Of a stretch of 64,000 bases of DNA, positions 1 to 12,589 are shown in pieces. The first letter of the stretch is position 1, and each line of letters starts with the position of its first letter. The notes beneath the pieces were generated by a model. The model worked only from the letters and a program-made list of their open reading frames with translations. It ran no database searches and was not told the DNA's origin. The stretch is from Hypanus sabinus (Eukaryota). Location: NCBI RefSeq assembly GCF_030144855.1, contig NC_082710.1:183582001-183646000 (forward strand). Direction: 5' to 3'. The position numbers were made by a program, and so were the translations under genes.

Positions 1-769
1 GCCCTTCATCTCAGTCCGAGGATGAATCCCAGTGGCTGTAAAAAAAAAAGCACCCTTCACTCAGAGTAGGATTGCTCTGCACTTTCAAACAGAGCACAGT
101 AAAGGCCCTTTGGCCCACAATGTTGTACTAACCTTTTAACCTACACCAAGATAAATCTAACCCTTCCCTCCCACAAAACCCTCCATTTTTCTATCATCCA
201 TCTAAGAGGGTCTCAAATGTTCCTAATGCATCTGCCTCTACCAATGCCCTTGGCAGGGCATTCCACACATCTCTCACTCTGTGTAAAAACCCTATTGTTT
301 CCTTAAAATTATGCCCCAATCACACTAGCCATTTCTGCCCTGGGAAAAGTCACTGGCTGCCGACTCTATCTGTGCCTCTCATCATCTTGTACATCTCTAT
401 CAAGCCACCTCTCATCTTCCTTCGCTCCAAAGAAAACAGCCCTATCTCACTCAATCTATCATCATAAGACATGCTCACTATCCCAGCCAGCATCCTGGTA
501 AATCTCCTCTGCACCCTCCCGAAGGCTAACAATGAGGTGACCGGAACCGGACACACTGACACACACGTGCAGCTTCAATCTACATTGAGCAAGCTTCCCT
601 GGAGGTAGCGGGCAGGATCGAAGTTTAGGGTCATGCAGTAACACGGGGTCTTTAACACAGCAGGTGATGTTGTTTTCAGCTCTGGTTGCATTAGAGAGGA
701 CAGCGTGTTCAACTTGATAGACATATACAAGATGATAAGAGACTTGGGCCCCTTTAACATCGTCATTGC

Positions 770-1060
770 TGGGGGAGGTAGAAATGGTGACAAGCTCCCA
801 CTACCTATTAAACACTCCCAATGCTGTGCATCTCCGACAATCAAGTTCAGCTCCTGGCCTTCACATGCGGCTTACCTACTGACCTACCCGGTGGAACTGT
901 TTCCACCGGCGGGAGAAGGGGCAAAGGCGGGTTACTGTCGCCTTAAAACCAGTCGTTTCGGGCAGATGGGGCTCGTCAGCCACAGTTGGTAGCTCATCTG
1001 GAAGGTAATCTCTGATCTCAAACCTTCACTGCCTTGTGGCTATACCCACTCACTGGGGAG
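770..1060 (+). repeat. Dispersed repeat of unassigned family; inverted copy at about 54700-54960
   Basis: ccttaaaaccagtcgtttcgggcagatggggctcg here matches ccttaacaccagtcacttcaggcagatggggctcg on the minus strand at about 54810-54850. Confidence 0.65.
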
Positions 1061-1459
1061 GTCAATTCTGAAGACAGAATGGTTTAGAGAACTCGGCCTT
1101 TTCTCCTTGGAGTGATGGAGGATGAGAGGTGACCTGGCAGAGGTGTACAAGATGAGGAGATGCATTGATTGTGTGGATAAGCAAAGACTTTTTCCCAGGG
1201 CTGAAATGGCTCACATGAGGGGGCATAGTTTTAAGGTGCTCGGAAGGTGAGTTTTTCCACACACAGAGTGGTGAGTGTGTGGAATCCTCTGCCAGTGACG
1301 GTGCTAGAGGCGGATACAATAGGGTCTTTTCAGGAACTCCTAGATAGGTGCGTGGAGCTCAGAAAACTATAGGGATACGCGGCAGGGAAATTCTAGCAAT
1401 TTCTAGAGTGGGCTACGTGGTTGCACAGCATTGTGGGCTGAAGGACCTGTAACGTGCTG

Positions 1460-2420
1460 GAGATGGAATCCTGCTGGTGGAAGTTACGGAGAATTATGTG
1501 GAGGGGTGGAAGGTGAGACAAGAGGAACCCTATCCCTGGGGGGGGTGGCGGAAGGATGGAGTGAGGGCAGACATGTGCGAAATGGGTGAGATGCAGGTGA
1601 GGGCAGCACTGAGGAAGGAAATTTTGATGGAAGAGGACAACTCATTAGTTCTGGAATGGAAAACCTCACCCTAAGAGCAGATGCGGCAAAGACGGAGGAA
1701 CCGAGAGAAGCAGGTGGCATTTTTAAAAGTAACAGGGTGGGAAGAAGTACAGTCCAGGTAGTTGTGAGAATCAGTGGGTTTGTAAAAGGTATCAGTGGCT
1801 AAGCTGTCACTGGAGATAGAGACAGAGATCAAGAAAGGTGTCAGAAATGGACCAGGTAAATTTGAGGGCAGAGTAGAAGTCAGAGGCAAAGTTGATGAAG
1901 CCGATAAGCTCTGCTTGGGTGCAGGAAGCAGCACCGACGCAGTCGTCGTAGCATGGGAAAAGTGGGGGAGTGACACCCGTGTGGGCTTCGAACGCAGACT
2001 GCTCCACGTAGCCGACAAACGGGCAGGAATAGCCGGGACCCACGCGAGTGCCCATGGCTACAGCTTTGGTTTGGAGGAAGTGAGAGGAGCCGAAGGGGAA
2101 ATTATACAGGGCAAGGGCAAGTTCCACTGGATGGAGGAGTGGTGGTGGAGGGGAACAGATTCAGTCTGTTATAGAGAGAGAAGCAAAGAGCTTTAAGGCC
2201 ATGGAGGTGTTTGGGGACTGAACGTCCATGGTGAAAATGAGACGATCAGAGCCAGGGAACTTGAAGTTATTGAAAAGATTCAGAACGTGTGAAGTGTGAG
2301 CGTAGGTAAGAAGGGACTGAACCGGGGAGATAAAACTTATTCAAGGTGTGCAGATACAAGCTCAGTGGAACAAGCAGACAATGGGTCTACCTGGCAGGCA
2401 GGTTGGTGGATCTTGGGTAG
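1460..2420 (-). mobile_element. Penelope-like element fragment (RT)
   Basis: Minus-strand peptides LQTKAVAMGTRVGPGYSC...YDDCVG, FTWSISDT and FYKPTDSHNYLDCTSSHP are typical PLE RT motifs. Frameshifted. Confidence 0.75.
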
Positions 2421-2889
2421 GAAGGAGAAACAGGAGGTGTGGGGTGAGGGAATTATGAGGTTGGTGGCAGTGAATGGGAAAACCCCAGAGTTAATAATGT
2501 CAGTGATGGTGCAGATGACAATTGTCTGGTGGTCCTTAATGGGGCCTCTATTCAACGCCTCTACTTTCTGAGGAGGCTGAAGGGAACATCTAAACTCATG
2601 TCATTCTACACACTGCAGAGCATCCTAACAAACTGCGTCACCGCATGGTATGGAAACTGCATTGTGGCAGACAGAGAGGCTCAAGCATGCGTAGTCAAAT
2701 CACCACCAGCGCCAGCCGACCCACCACCACCAGAATATCTACAGAAAGGTGCCAGTAATATCATGAAGGATCCCATGCACTCTGCTCATGAACCGTTTGT
2801 CCCTCTCCCATCCGGGAAAAGGTTACGTAGCACTCACACCAGGACCACGCTCCACTCCATACGTACCACAATGAGTGGCCATCGTTTTA

Positions 2890-3170
2890 ACCATATAACC
2901 ATATAACAATCACAGCACGGAAACAGGCCATCTTGGCCCTCCTAGTCCGTGCCGAACCCTTAATCTCACCTAGTCCCACCTACCCGCACTCAGCCCATAA
3001 CCCTCCACTCCTTTCCTGTCCATATACCTATCCAATTTTACCTTAAATGACACAACTGAACTGGCCTCTACTACTTCTACAGGAAGCTCATTCCACACAG
3101 CTATCACTCTTTGAGTAAAGAAATACCCCCTCGTGTTTCCCTTAAACTTCTGCCCCCTAACTCTCAAATC
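2890..3170 (-). mobile_element. Short 5'-truncated copy of the same CR1 subfamily
   Basis: Near-identical to 3565-3835, with an accatata tail. Confidence 0.9.
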
Positions 3171-3554
3171 GATCCAGGACTGTTTAATGTCATTCCCAGT
3201 ACACAATAAAGGAGAAGGAAATGATCTGAGGCAGCACAAAAACACACACGGCCATGATAATAATAATAACCACACAATACGTATAAGCCAGACTCTCAGC
3301 CAGTGTACCACGGTTCCCACTCGACTGCCCTGATCCGCAGACTTTAGTGTTGGGGTAGCAGCCAGGTGGCGTCCAAACTCTCCATACAACCCGTCCTTTA
3401 CATCGGCAACACAGCAGCTTCAAACTCCTGGGAGTGCACTTCTCCCATGGTCCCAGAACACATCCTACACAATCAAGGAAGTTCACCAACACCTCTACTT
3501 TCTTTTAAACAAATTTGCCTGGGGGATAGGAACTGGAGTGAGGGGGCTGTATTA

Positions 3555-4800
3555 TAACATATATAACATATAACAATCACAGCACGGAAACAGGCCATCT
3601 CGGCCCTCCTAGTCCGTGCCGAACTCTTAATCTCACCTAGTCCCACCTACCCGCACTCAGCCCATAACCCTCCACTCCTTTCCTGTCCATATACCTATCC
3701 AATTTTACCTTAAATGACACAACTGAACTGGCCTCTACTACTTCTACAGGAAGCTCATTCCACACAGCTATCACTCTCTGAGGAAAGAAATACCCCCTCG
3801 TGTTTCCCTTAAACTTTTGCCCCCTAACTCTCAAATCATGTCCTCTCGTTTGAATCTCCCCTACTCTCAATGGAAACAGCCTATTCACGTCAACTCTATC
3901 TATCCCTCTCAAAATTTTAAATACCTCAATCAAATCCCCCCTCAACCTTCTACGCTCCAATGAATAGAGACCGAACTTGTTCAACCTTTCTCTGTAACTT
4001 AAATGCTGAAACCCAGGTAACATCCCAGTAAATCGTCTGTGCACTCTCTCTAATTTATTGATATCTTTCCTATAATTCAGTGACCAGAACTGCACACAAT
4101 ATTCCAAATTTGGCCTTACCAATGCCTTGTACAATTTTAACATTACATCCCAAATTCTGTACTCAATGCTTTGATTTATAAAGACCAGCGTTCCAAAAGC
4201 CTTCTTCACCACCCTACTTCTACATGAGACTCCACCTTCAGGGAACTATGCACTGTTATTCCTAGATCTCTCTGTTCCTCTGCATTCCTCAATGCCCTAC
4301 CATTTACGCTGTATGTTCTATTTGGATTATTCCTGCCAAAATGTAGAACCTCACACTTCTCAGCATTAAACTCCATCTGCCAACGTTCAGCCCATTCTTC
4401 TAACCGGCATAAATCTCCCTGCAAGCTTTGAAAATCCACCTCATTATCCACAACACCTCCTACCTTAGTATCATCGGCATACTTACTAATCCAATTTACC
4501 ACCCCATCATCCAGATCATTTATGTATATTACAAACAACATTGGGCCCAAAACAGATCCCTGAGGCACCCCGCTAGTCACCGGCCTCCATCCCAATAAAC
4601 AATTACCTACCACTACTCTCTGGCATCTCCCATCTAGCCACTGTCGAATTCATTTTATTACTCCAGTATTAATACCTAACGACTGAACCTTCTTAACTAA
4701 CCTTCCATGTGGAACTTTGTCAAAGGCTTTGCTGAAGTCCATATAGACTACATCCACTACCTTACCCTCGTCAACATTCCTCGTAACTTCTTCAAAAACT
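3555..4800 (-). mobile_element. Young 5'-truncated CR1 LINE (RT C-terminal half and 3' tail)
   Basis: ORFs 4206-4613 (VTSGVPQGSVLGP, KYADDTK) and 3637-4212 are nearly intact, with a TATATGTT-type tandem tail. Confidence 0.92.
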
Positions 4801-4839
4801 TCTTCAAAAAAAGTGTAAACAGGCTGCCAAAGTCAAAAG

Positions 4840-7800
4840 GGTGATTACTACAGGACTGGGGGCGTTCTACTTCAACGCAAGCATGAGAAGGAATATGGTA
4901 GGTGATCTTGAGGCACAGTTAAGAGATTGGTAGGTATGACCTTGTGGGCATCAGCGACATGGCTGAAAGAAAATCGCAGTTGGGACCTTAACACAAGATG
5001 TACGAGCAGAATTAGGCCAATTGGCCCAACGAATCTGCATTGCCATTTCATCATGGCAGATCCATTCTTACTCTTGGCCCCAATCTCCTGCCTTCCACTC
5101 CTATCCCTTCATGCCCTGACCAATCAAAAGGACAGGCAGGTTGCAGAGGGGTGGCGTGGCTCCGTTGGTAAAAAAAAGAAATCAAAGCTTGAGAATGAGG
5201 TGACATCAGATCAAAAGATGCAGATCTGTGGGTAGAGTTAAGGAACTGCAAGGATAAAAAATGCTGATGGGAGTTATGTACGTAGCTGCAAACATCAGCC
5301 AGTTACGAGCTATGAATTACAACGGGAGACAGAGAAGGGGAAAGCTGCGATAATCAATATGCAGGCAGATTTGAAAATCCGGTTGGTGTTGGATCCCAAG
5401 TGAGGGAGTTTGTGGAATGCCTGCGAGACGGCTTTTCAGAGCAGCTCGTGATTGAGCCCAATCACAAGCAAGACAGGAGAAGATCTGCAGACGCTGGAAA
5501 TCCAAGCAACACACACAAAATGCTGGAGGAACTCAGCAGGCCAGGCAGCGTCTGTGGAAAAGTTGAGCCCATTGAGAGAACAGCAATTCTGGACTGGGGG
5601 TTGTGTGATGACCCAGATTTGAACAGGAACCTCATGATTAAGAAACCCTGAGGAGGCAGTGATCGAATTCACCCTGAAATTTGAGGAGAAGCTGTCAGAT
5701 GTATCACCATGGAGTAAAAGGAATAACAAAGGCACGAGAGGAGCTGCCAGTTGATTGGAAGGGGACGCTATCAGATGACAGCAGAATAGCACTGTTGGAA
5801 ATTTCTGGGACAACTCAGAAGGCACAAGATAGACGCATCCCACAGATTAACAAGTATTCTAAAAGGAGGATGTAAGACTGCGATTGACAAGGGAAGTCAA
5901 AGACAGCATACAATCAAAAGAGAGGGCAAGTAATATAAGAAAAATTAATAGGAAGTTAACAGATTGGGAGGCTTTTAAAAAGCAGCAGTTAATGAAAATA
6001 TCCATAGAATAAAGATGAAATATGAAGGAAAGTTATCCATTAATGTAAATGAGGATATGTTTTTGAACCATATAAAGAATAAAAAAAAGACGAGAGTGTA
6101 GATCAGACCGCTGGAAAATGACGCAGAGGAGGAAGTAATGGGGGGACAAAAAAATGTCGGACAAACTAATTTGTGCCAGTCCTCACTGTAGCAGAGTGTC
6201 AGAAATGTGAGACTGTCAGGAGATAAAAGTAGGTGTTGTTCCTATCACAAAGGAGAAGGTGCTTAGAAAGCTGAAAGGTCTGAAGGTAGAAGGACCTGGG
6301 ACAAGATGGACTACACCCCAGGGTTCTGAAAGAGTAGCTGAAAAGACGGTGGGGGAGTTAGTAATGAGCTTTCAAGAATCACTGGGTTCTGGAATTGTTC
6401 CTGAGGACGGGAAAATTGCAAACGTCACTCCACTCTTTATGAAGAGAGAGGCAGAAGAAAGGAAATTATAGGTGGGTTAGTCTGATCTCTGGCTGGGAAG
6501 ATGCTGGAGTCGATTGCTGAGGATGAGCTTCAGGGAGGCACGTGAGAAGTCAGCATGGTCTCCTCAAGGGGAAGCATGCCTGACAAATCAGTTCAAACTC
6601 TGAGGTAGACAGTGAGCGGATGTTGCTTATTTGGCCTGTCAGAAGCCGCACACGAGGCTGCCTAAACAAAAGATCGGCGCATGGAAGAGAAGTGAGTGAC
6701 TGGCAGGAGGCAGAGTGGGAATGAAGGCAGCTTTCCTCCAGTCGGCTGCTGCTGACTAGTGGTGCTCCTCAGGGGTGGGCGCTGTACGAAAATTATTTTG
6801 ATGAAGAAATTGATGGCTTTGGGGTCAAGTTTGTGGACAATATGAAGACAGGTGGAGGGGCCGGTAGTGTTGAGGAAGCAGGGTGTCTGCAAAGACACTT
6901 GGACAGATTGAGGGAATGGGTAAAGTAGTGGCAGATCAGTGGCGCAGGGAAGTGTACGGCCATGACCTTTGGCAGAAAGAATAAGGGCACAGATTACTTT
7001 CTATATGGGGAGAAAATTCAAAAACCAGAGATGCAAAGGGACTAAGGAGTCCTCATGTAGAATTCCCTAAAGGCTAACTTACAGACTGAGTCAGTGGTTA
7101 AAGGACACAAATGCAACATTACCTTTCATTTCCAGAGGATCAGAATATAAAAGCAAGGATGTAATGCTGAGGCTTTATAAGGCACCGGTGAGACCTGCAC
7201 TTGGAGGATTATGAGCAGTTTTGGGCCCCTTATCAAAGATGAGCCGGCACTGGAGAGAGTCCTGAGGAGGTTCACGAGAATGATCCCAGGAATGAAAGGG
7301 TTAACATGTATGAGCGTTTAATGGCTCTGGGCCTGTACTCGCTGGAGTTGAGAAGAATGATGAGGTTCTCATCGAAATCTATTGAATACTGAAAGGCCTA
7401 GATAGAGTGGATGTGGAGAGGATGTTTCCTACAGTGGGGGAGTCTAGGACCAGAGGACACAGATAGAGTGGATGTGGAGAGGATGTTTCCTACAGTGGGG
7501 GAGTCTAGGACCAGAGGACACAGATAGAGTGGATGTGGAGAGGATGTTTCCTACAGTGGGGGAGTCTAGGACCAGAGGACACAGATAGAGTGGATGTGGA
7601 GAGGATGTTTCCTATAGTGGGAGAGTCTAGGACCAGAGGACACAGATAGAGTGGACGTGGAGAGGATGTGTCCTATAGTGGGGGAGTCTAGGACCAGAGG
7701 ACACAGATAGAGTGGATGTGGAGAGGATGTTTCCTATAGTGGGAGAGTCTAGGACCAGAGGACACAGATAGAGTGGACGTGGAGAGGATGTGTCCTATAG

Positions 7801-8320
7801 TGGGGGAGTCTAGGACCAGAGGACACAGATAGAGTGGATGTGGAGAGGATGTTTCCTATAATGGGGGAGTCTAGGACCAGAGGGCACAGATAGAGTGGAT
7901 GTGGAGAGGATGTTTCCTATAGTGGGGGAGTCTAGGACCAGAGGACACAGATAGAGTGGGTGTGGAGAGGATGTTTCCTATAGTGGGAGAGTCTAGGACC
8001 AGAGGACACAGATAGAGTGGGTGTGGAGAGGATGTTTCCTATAGGGGGGGAGTCTAGGACCAGAGGACACAGCCTCAGATTTGAGAGACATCCATTTAGA
8101 ACAAAGATGAGGAAAAATTCCTTTCAGCCAGAGGGTGGTGAATCTGTGGAACTCATTGACACAATCGGTTGTGGAGGCAAAGTCATTGGGTATACTTAAG
8201 GCCGAGATTAATGGTCTCTTGGTTGCAGGGAGAGGGCAGGCAAACGGGGTCGAAAGGGGTGATGATGGAATATCAAAAAAGGCTCGATGGGCCAAGTAAT
8301 CTAACTCTGCTCCTATGACT
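4840..8320 (+). mobile_element. Long decayed CR1 ORF2 (endonuclease and RT remnants) containing the 61-bp array
   Basis: Fragments EFVECLRDGFSEQLVIEP, GKIANVTPLF, GAPQG and 3' RT motifs, with many stops and frameshifts. Confidence 0.8.
7401..8071 (+). repeat. Minisatellite, 61-bp unit x 11, derived from the CR1 ORF2 3' end
   Basis: Unit gatagagtggatgtggagaggatgtttcctatagtgggggagtctaggaccagaggacaca (DRVDVERMFPIVGESRTRGH). Ordinary CR1 sequence continues on both sides. Confidence 0.95.
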
Positions 8321-8811
8321 TATCGTCTACTTTCTGAGGAGGCTGAAGAGAGCTGGACTGCACAAGTCTTACTCACGTTTCTCTGTAGCTGCGCAGTAGA
8401 GAGCATCCTGACGAGCTGCGTCACTGCTTGGTATGGAAACTGCACAGGGAGGCTCTACAACAGGCTGTCAAAACTGCCCAACGCCTCATCGGAACCAGAC
8501 TACCCACCATCAAGGACATTTATACCTAGAAAGGCCAGTATCATGACGAAGGAGCCCACCCACCCTGCTCATGGACTGTTTGTCCCACTCCCATGAAATT
8601 AAGTATTTCCATTTATTGTGAGAGTTTTATCGCATTCTTTACCGTATTGTGTTTTTGTTTGTGCTGCATCGGATGAGCAGTGACAATTATTTCGTTCTCC
8701 TTTACAGTTGTGTACTGGAAATGACATTGAACAATCCTTCTCAACCCACGTCTGTTACACAGCCACAAGTGCAGGGACAACTGCTGGAGAGACAAAGGCC
8801 TGAACACCCAC

Positions 8812-9174
8812 CTGCTACCCTCAAGCTCATCTTGATCTCATTCTGGTTAACCTTGGTCGCCACAAAACACTTGTACTGCCCACGGTCAGACACCTGCACG
8901 TTCATCAGCTTGAGGGAAAGGTTGCCCCTGTTGATCTCGTCGTGGAACAGCTGGGTCCTGCCCTGGTAGGCCGAAGCCTGCATAGTTAATTCATCCATGC
9001 CCCCCTTGTACATGTGAACGGGTGTTGTGTAGGTCAGGTCCACATTGATCCAACGCAACTCCATGTCAGGCAGGAATTTGCCTGGCACGAGCTGGCAGTC
9101 CAGCACCACGTCCCTCCCGACAATAGCCACGATGGGCTGACCTGGAGCCGTGACCACAAATTCATCTGCTGCAC
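8812..9174 (-). CDS. Gene B, IgV exon of a butyrophilin/B7-family protein
   Basis: 363-nt phase 1-1 exon with acceptor ttttcctctctcctccatgtttgtccag and donor GCAG|gtgggt. Encodes GAADEFVVTAPGQPIVAIVGRDVVLDCQLVP...ELRWIN...YQGRTQLF...RGNLSLKLMNVQVSDRGQYKCFVATK...MSLRVA, with both IgV cysteines, the core Trp, DxGxYxC and the BTN-type YxGRTxL and GNLSL motifs. Confidence 0.93.
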
Positions 9175-9276
9175 CTGGACAAACATGGAGGAGAGAGGAA
9201 AAGTCAGATCGACAGCTTGAGAAAACGCAAGAGTGAATTCCAAAGCTCGGCAGGTCAGGATGAGTCGGAAGTGGGA

Positions 9277-11930
9277 GGGAGGGTGTCCCTGTCCCGGAGG
9301 TGGCCTGTCCTGGGGTTGGGGACGGTCCGTGGGTTTGAGGGACTGGGAGGGTGTCCCTGGCCCGGAGGTGGCCTGTCCTGGGAATGGGGGACGGTCCGTG
9401 GGTTTGAGGGACTGGGAGGGTGACCCTGTCCCGGAGGTGGCCTGTCCTGGGGTTGGGGGACGGTCCGTGGGTTTGAGGGACTGGGAGGGTGTCCCTGGCC
9501 CGGAGGTGGCCTGTCCTGGGGTTGGGGACGGTCCGTGGGTTTGAGGGACTGGGAGGGTGACCCTGGCCCGGAGGTGGCCTGTCCTGGGGTTGGGGACTGT
9601 CCATGGGTTTGAGGGATTGGGAGGGTGTCCCTGTCCCGGAGGTGGCCTGTCCTGGGGTTGGGGACGGTCTGTGGGTTTGAGGGATTGGGAGGGTGTCCCT
9701 GGGCCGGAGGTGGCCTGTCCTGGGGTTGGGGACTGTCCGTGGGTTTGAGGGATTGGGAGGGTGTCCCTGGCCAGGACATGGCCTGTCCTGGGGTTGGGGA
9801 CGGTCCATGGGTTTGAGGGATTGGGAGGGTGTCCCTGGGCCGGAGGTGGCCTGTCCTGGGGTTGGGGACTGTCCGTGGGTTTGAGGGATTGGGAGGGTGA
9901 CCCTGGCCCGGAGGTGGCCTGTCCTGGGAATGGGGGACGGTCCGTGGGTTTGAGGGATTGGGAGGGTGACCCTGGCCCGGAGGTGGCCTGTCCTGGGGTT
10001 GGGGACTGTCCGTGGGTTTGAGGGACTGGGAGGGTGACCCTGTCCCGGAGGTGGCCTGTCCTGGGGTTGGGGACTGTCCGTGGGTTTGAGGGACTGGGAG
10101 AGTGTCCCTGTCCCGGAGGTGCCCTGTCCTGGGAATGGGGGACGGTCCATGGGTTTGAGGGACTGGGAGGGTGTCCCTGGCCCGGAGGTGGCCTGTCCTG
10201 GGGTTGGGGACTGTCCGTGGGTTTGAGGGACTGGGAGGGTGACCCTGGCCCGGAGGTGGCCTGTCCTGGGAATAGGGGACGGTCCGTGGGTTTGAGGGAT
10301 TGGGAGGGTGACCCTGGCCCGGAGGTGGCCTGTCCCGGGGTTGGGGACTGTCCGTGGGTTTGAGGGACTGGGAGGGTGACCCTGTCCCGGAGGTGGCCTG
10401 TCCTGGAAATGGGGGACGGTCCGTGGGTTTGAGGGACTGGGAGGGTGTCCCTGGCCCGGAGGTGGCCTGTCCCGGGGTTGGGGACTGTCCGTGGGTTTGA
10501 GGGACTGGGAGGGTGACCCTGTCCCGGAGGTGGCCTGCCCTGGGGTTGGGGACTGTCCGTGGGTTTGAGGGACTGGGAGGGTGTCCCTGGCCAGGGCATG
10601 GCCTGTCCTGGGAATGGGGGACTGTCCGTGGGTTTGAGGGACTGGGAGGGTGACCCTGGGCCGGAGGTGGCCTGTCCTGGGAATGGGGGACGGTCTGTGG
10701 GTTTGAGGGACTGGGAGGGTGTCCCTGGCCCGGAGGTGGCCTGCCCTGGGGTTGGGGACGGTCCGTGGGTTTGAGGGATTGGGAGGGTGTCCGTGGGCCG
10801 GAGGTGGCCTGCCCTGGGAATGGGGGACTGTCCGTGGGTTTGAGGGATTGGGAGGGTGTCCCTGGCCCGGAGGTGGCCTGTCCTGGGGTTGGGGACTATC
10901 CGTGGGTTTGAGGGACTGGGAGGGTGACCCTGTCCCGGAGGTGGCCTGCCCTGGAAATGGGGGACGGTCCGTGGGTTTGAGGGACTGGGAGGGTGTCCCT
11001 GGCCCGGAGGTGGCCTGTCCCGGGGTTGGGGACTGTCCGTGGGTTTGAGGGACTGGGAGGGTGACCCTGTCCCGGAGGTGGCCTGCCCTGGGGTTGGGGA
11101 CTGTCCGTGGGTTTGAGGGACTGGGAGGGTGTCCCTGGCCAGGACATGGCCTGTCCTGGGAATGGGGGACTGTCCGTGGGTTTGAGGGACTGGGAGGGTG
11201 ACCCTGGGCCGGAGGTGGCCTGTCCTGGGAATGGGGGACGGTCTGTGGGTTTGAGGGACTGGGAGGGTGTCCCTGGCCCGGAGGTGGCCTGCCCTGGGGT
11301 TGGGGACGGTCCGTGGGTTTGAGGGATTGGGAGGGTGTCCGTGGGCCGGAGGTGGCCTGCCCTGGGAATGGGGGACTGTCCGTGGGTTTGAGGGATTGGG
11401 AGGGTGTCCCTGGCCCGGAGGTGGCCTGTCCTGGGGTTGGGGACTATCCGTGGGTTTGAGGGACTGGGAGGGTGTCCCTGTCCCGGAGGTGGCCTGTCCT
11501 GGGAATGGGGGACGGTCCGTGGGTTTGTGGGATTGGGAGGGTGTCCCTGGCCCGGAGGTGGCCTGTCCTGGGGTTGGGGACGGTCCGTGGGTTTGAGGGA
11601 CTGGGAGGGTGTCCCTGGCCCGGAGGTGGCCTGTCCTGGGGTTGGGGACGGTCCGTGGGTTTGAGGGACTGGGAGGGTGTCCCTGTCCCGGAGGTGGCCT
11701 GTCCTGGGAATGGGGGACGGTCCGTGGGTTTGTGGGATTGGGAGGGTGTCCCTGGCCCGGAGGTGGCCTGTCCTGGGGTTGGGGACGGTCCGTGGGTTTG
11801 AGGGACTGGGAGGGTGTCCCTGGCCCGGAGGTGGCCTGTCCTGGGGTTGGGGACGGTCCGTGGGTTTGAGGGATTGGGAGGGTGTCCCTGTCCCGGAGGT
11901 GGCCTGTCCTGGGGTTGGAGGACTGTCCGT
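9277..11930 (+). repeat. G-rich minisatellite, 68-69-bp unit x about 39, in the signal-to-IgV intron
   Basis: Unit gggagggtgtccctggcccggaggtggcctgtcctggggttggggacggtccgtgggtttgagggact. Confidence 0.95.
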
Positions 11931-12276
11931 GTGTGGGTGGGAGGGGGAATTGGGTGGGAGGATGTCCTTGGCCCAGAGGCTCGTGTGGTTCATCTGAACA
12001 CGGTGGGGATGCTGTGTTGGGGCCGAAATGCGAGGGGACACCTGGGATACTCTGAACTGTGTTGGTTTTTAGCAAACATGACACATTTCACTGTAGGTTT
12101 CAATGTAGATGGACAAATGTGAATGTGAACAGGCCAGGTACAACTGAGAGGAGTATGAGGGAACAAGGAGTATGAGGGTAGTGGGGTTGAGAGCAGAGGG
12201 GAGAAGGCCAACTGAGAAGGAAAGTGAGGAGGGAAAAGTGGGGAATGGAGGGGGCGGAGGGAGGAGGGATTCTCAC

Positions 12277-12331
12277 CCGCTGGAGTAGAATTAATTGCGA
12301 GGAGCATCAGAAATAGTGGCCAGGCCTCCAT
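12277..12331 (-). CDS. Gene B, signal-peptide exon (coding part)
   Basis: ATG at 12331 in GTGATGG context encodes MEAWPLFLMLLAINSTPA and ends at a phase-1 donor GCGG|gtgaga, which joins in frame to the IgV exon (PA-G-AADEFVV). Acceptor tttccttttcccag puts the exon start at 12357. Confidence 0.85.
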
Positions 12332-12589
12332 CACTCATGGAACGTCTGAATGCCGTTCTGGGAAAAGGAAAGTTCATGCAATTATTGACACACTCATTTC
12401 CAACCGAACAGGAGGACCTTGGGCATGACTCCATGCTGACTTCACACAGTGAAATCCCCTTTCCCAGAATTGCTCCTCGATCCTTCCCATAGCCCACTAA
12501 GATCATAAGACATAGAAGAATTAGGCAGTTCAGCTCAATGATAATAAATCATGGCTGATCTCTCACCCCTATTCTCCTGCCTTCTCAGG

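Noticed and set aside
1-8811. IgC exon of gene B (also sought for gene A at 56419-64000)
   Set aside because: No Ig-like peptide was recognised and these regions are almost entirely repeats. The exons probably lie outside the window.
9034-12084. 1016-aa Pro-rich ORF and overlapping ORFs, apparently fused to the IgV domain like a mucin stalk
   Set aside because: Read-through of the 68-bp minisatellite. The IgV exon has its own strong acceptor at 9175 and joins in phase to a real signal exon.
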